From contig NC_043005.1 in assembly GCF_006345805.1 (NCBI RefSeq), positions 65,782,001 to 65,846,000 of the forward strand: a stretch of 64,000 nucleotides of DNA, given 5' to 3'. This DNA comes from Octopus sinensis. Taxonomy: Eukaryota. The position numbers were made by a program, and so were the translations under genes. The notes beneath the pieces are model-generated. The model was not told where the DNA came from. It did not search any database and worked only from the letters and a program-made list of their open reading frames with translations. Below are positions 63,374 through 64,000 of this stretch, one piece after another (position 1 is the stretch's first letter; each line of letters starts with the position of its first letter).

Positions 63374-63665
63374 TTAATGCTCGTACAGCCCTTAGATTTG
63401 GATATACACTATCTACAAAGAGTTCAACGTTTTATGAGTACAGTATGTACAATTAATACTCTTGACTTGTATTGTGTTTACAGCCCAACTTTGATATACA
63501 CTGCATATTTCTGACATACATTGCCAACAAAAACAAATATATAATCTTTTAGCTTACACAGATGTATATCTTAAGAAAAATAAAATGAAACCAATTGAAA
63601 GTAACTGATATAACTGGAATCATTCAATATTCTTGTATGAATGATACTTATTTGATAAAGGATAC

Positions 63666-63741
63666 TTGCAGAATGTTTCAATGACATATGGTAAACTGAT
63701 GGGTATGAAGGAATTGTTTGGAACATAATTACTGACAGCAA
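63666..63741 (-). CDS. MBTPS2: Site-2 protease, penultimate coding exon: (V)AVSNYVPNNSFIPISLPYVIETFC(K)
   Basis: 76 nt, TTCACTAG acceptor and GTATCC donor; AA+A joins in frame to the last exon; resembles the VSITSFIP..LPVVVETFVK segment of vertebrate S2P. Confidence 0.9.
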
Positions 63742-64000
63742 CTAGTGAAAACAAAAAAGAAATAAATATTTCATTTAGTACATAAGAAAAAAAAACAAAA
63801 ACAAACAAACTTTATACTATTTAAAAAATAAAACTGAAGAAAAAAGATATAGTCTCAAATGAATTTTCATCTAGTTTATAAAAGATAATTTACTGACTAT
63901 GAAAAAAATGAAAAGCAATGTCAACCCTCGAGAGATTTGAACTCACAATATAGAGGGATAAAACTATAAGAAATTTAATCCAATGCTTCAATATTTTTTG

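Overview
AT-rich, repeat-dense animal genomic DNA. The SINE and (GAT)n-tailed LINE families look like those of octopus genomes; this is pattern recognition, not a database search. Three host genes are supported. (1) MAPK15/ERK7-8 on the minus strand: coding exons 1-6, with splice sites and phases checked by hand, running off the left edge. (2) An intronless headcase/HECA ORF on the plus strand (37796..39307). (3) The last two coding exons of the site-2 protease MBTPS2 on the minus strand, entering from the right edge. The rest is layered transposable-element debris: tRNA-derived SINEs, RTE and CR1 LINE fragments, mariner, maT-like and Tigger-like DNA transposons, and piggyBac- and hAT-type MITEs. 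The most striking object lies between MAPK15 and HECA (about 30.6-31.8 kb, minus strand). It is a Penelope-like unit made of a GIY-YIG endonuclease remnant bracketed by 70-bp inverted repeats, followed by a highly structured 3' region. That region contains a type I hammerhead ribozyme with a compensatory U3-A8 core variant (UUGACAA instead of CUGANGA), capping a roughly 136-nt imperfect rod. Also notable are a foldback element family carrying internal telomere-like (TTAGGG/TTTTAGGG)n arrays, a self-nested piggyBac MITE, a three-level nested transposon stack, and a uORF cluster with an in-frame UAA upstream of HECA. TE boundaries are approximate unless TSDs or TIRs are quoted.
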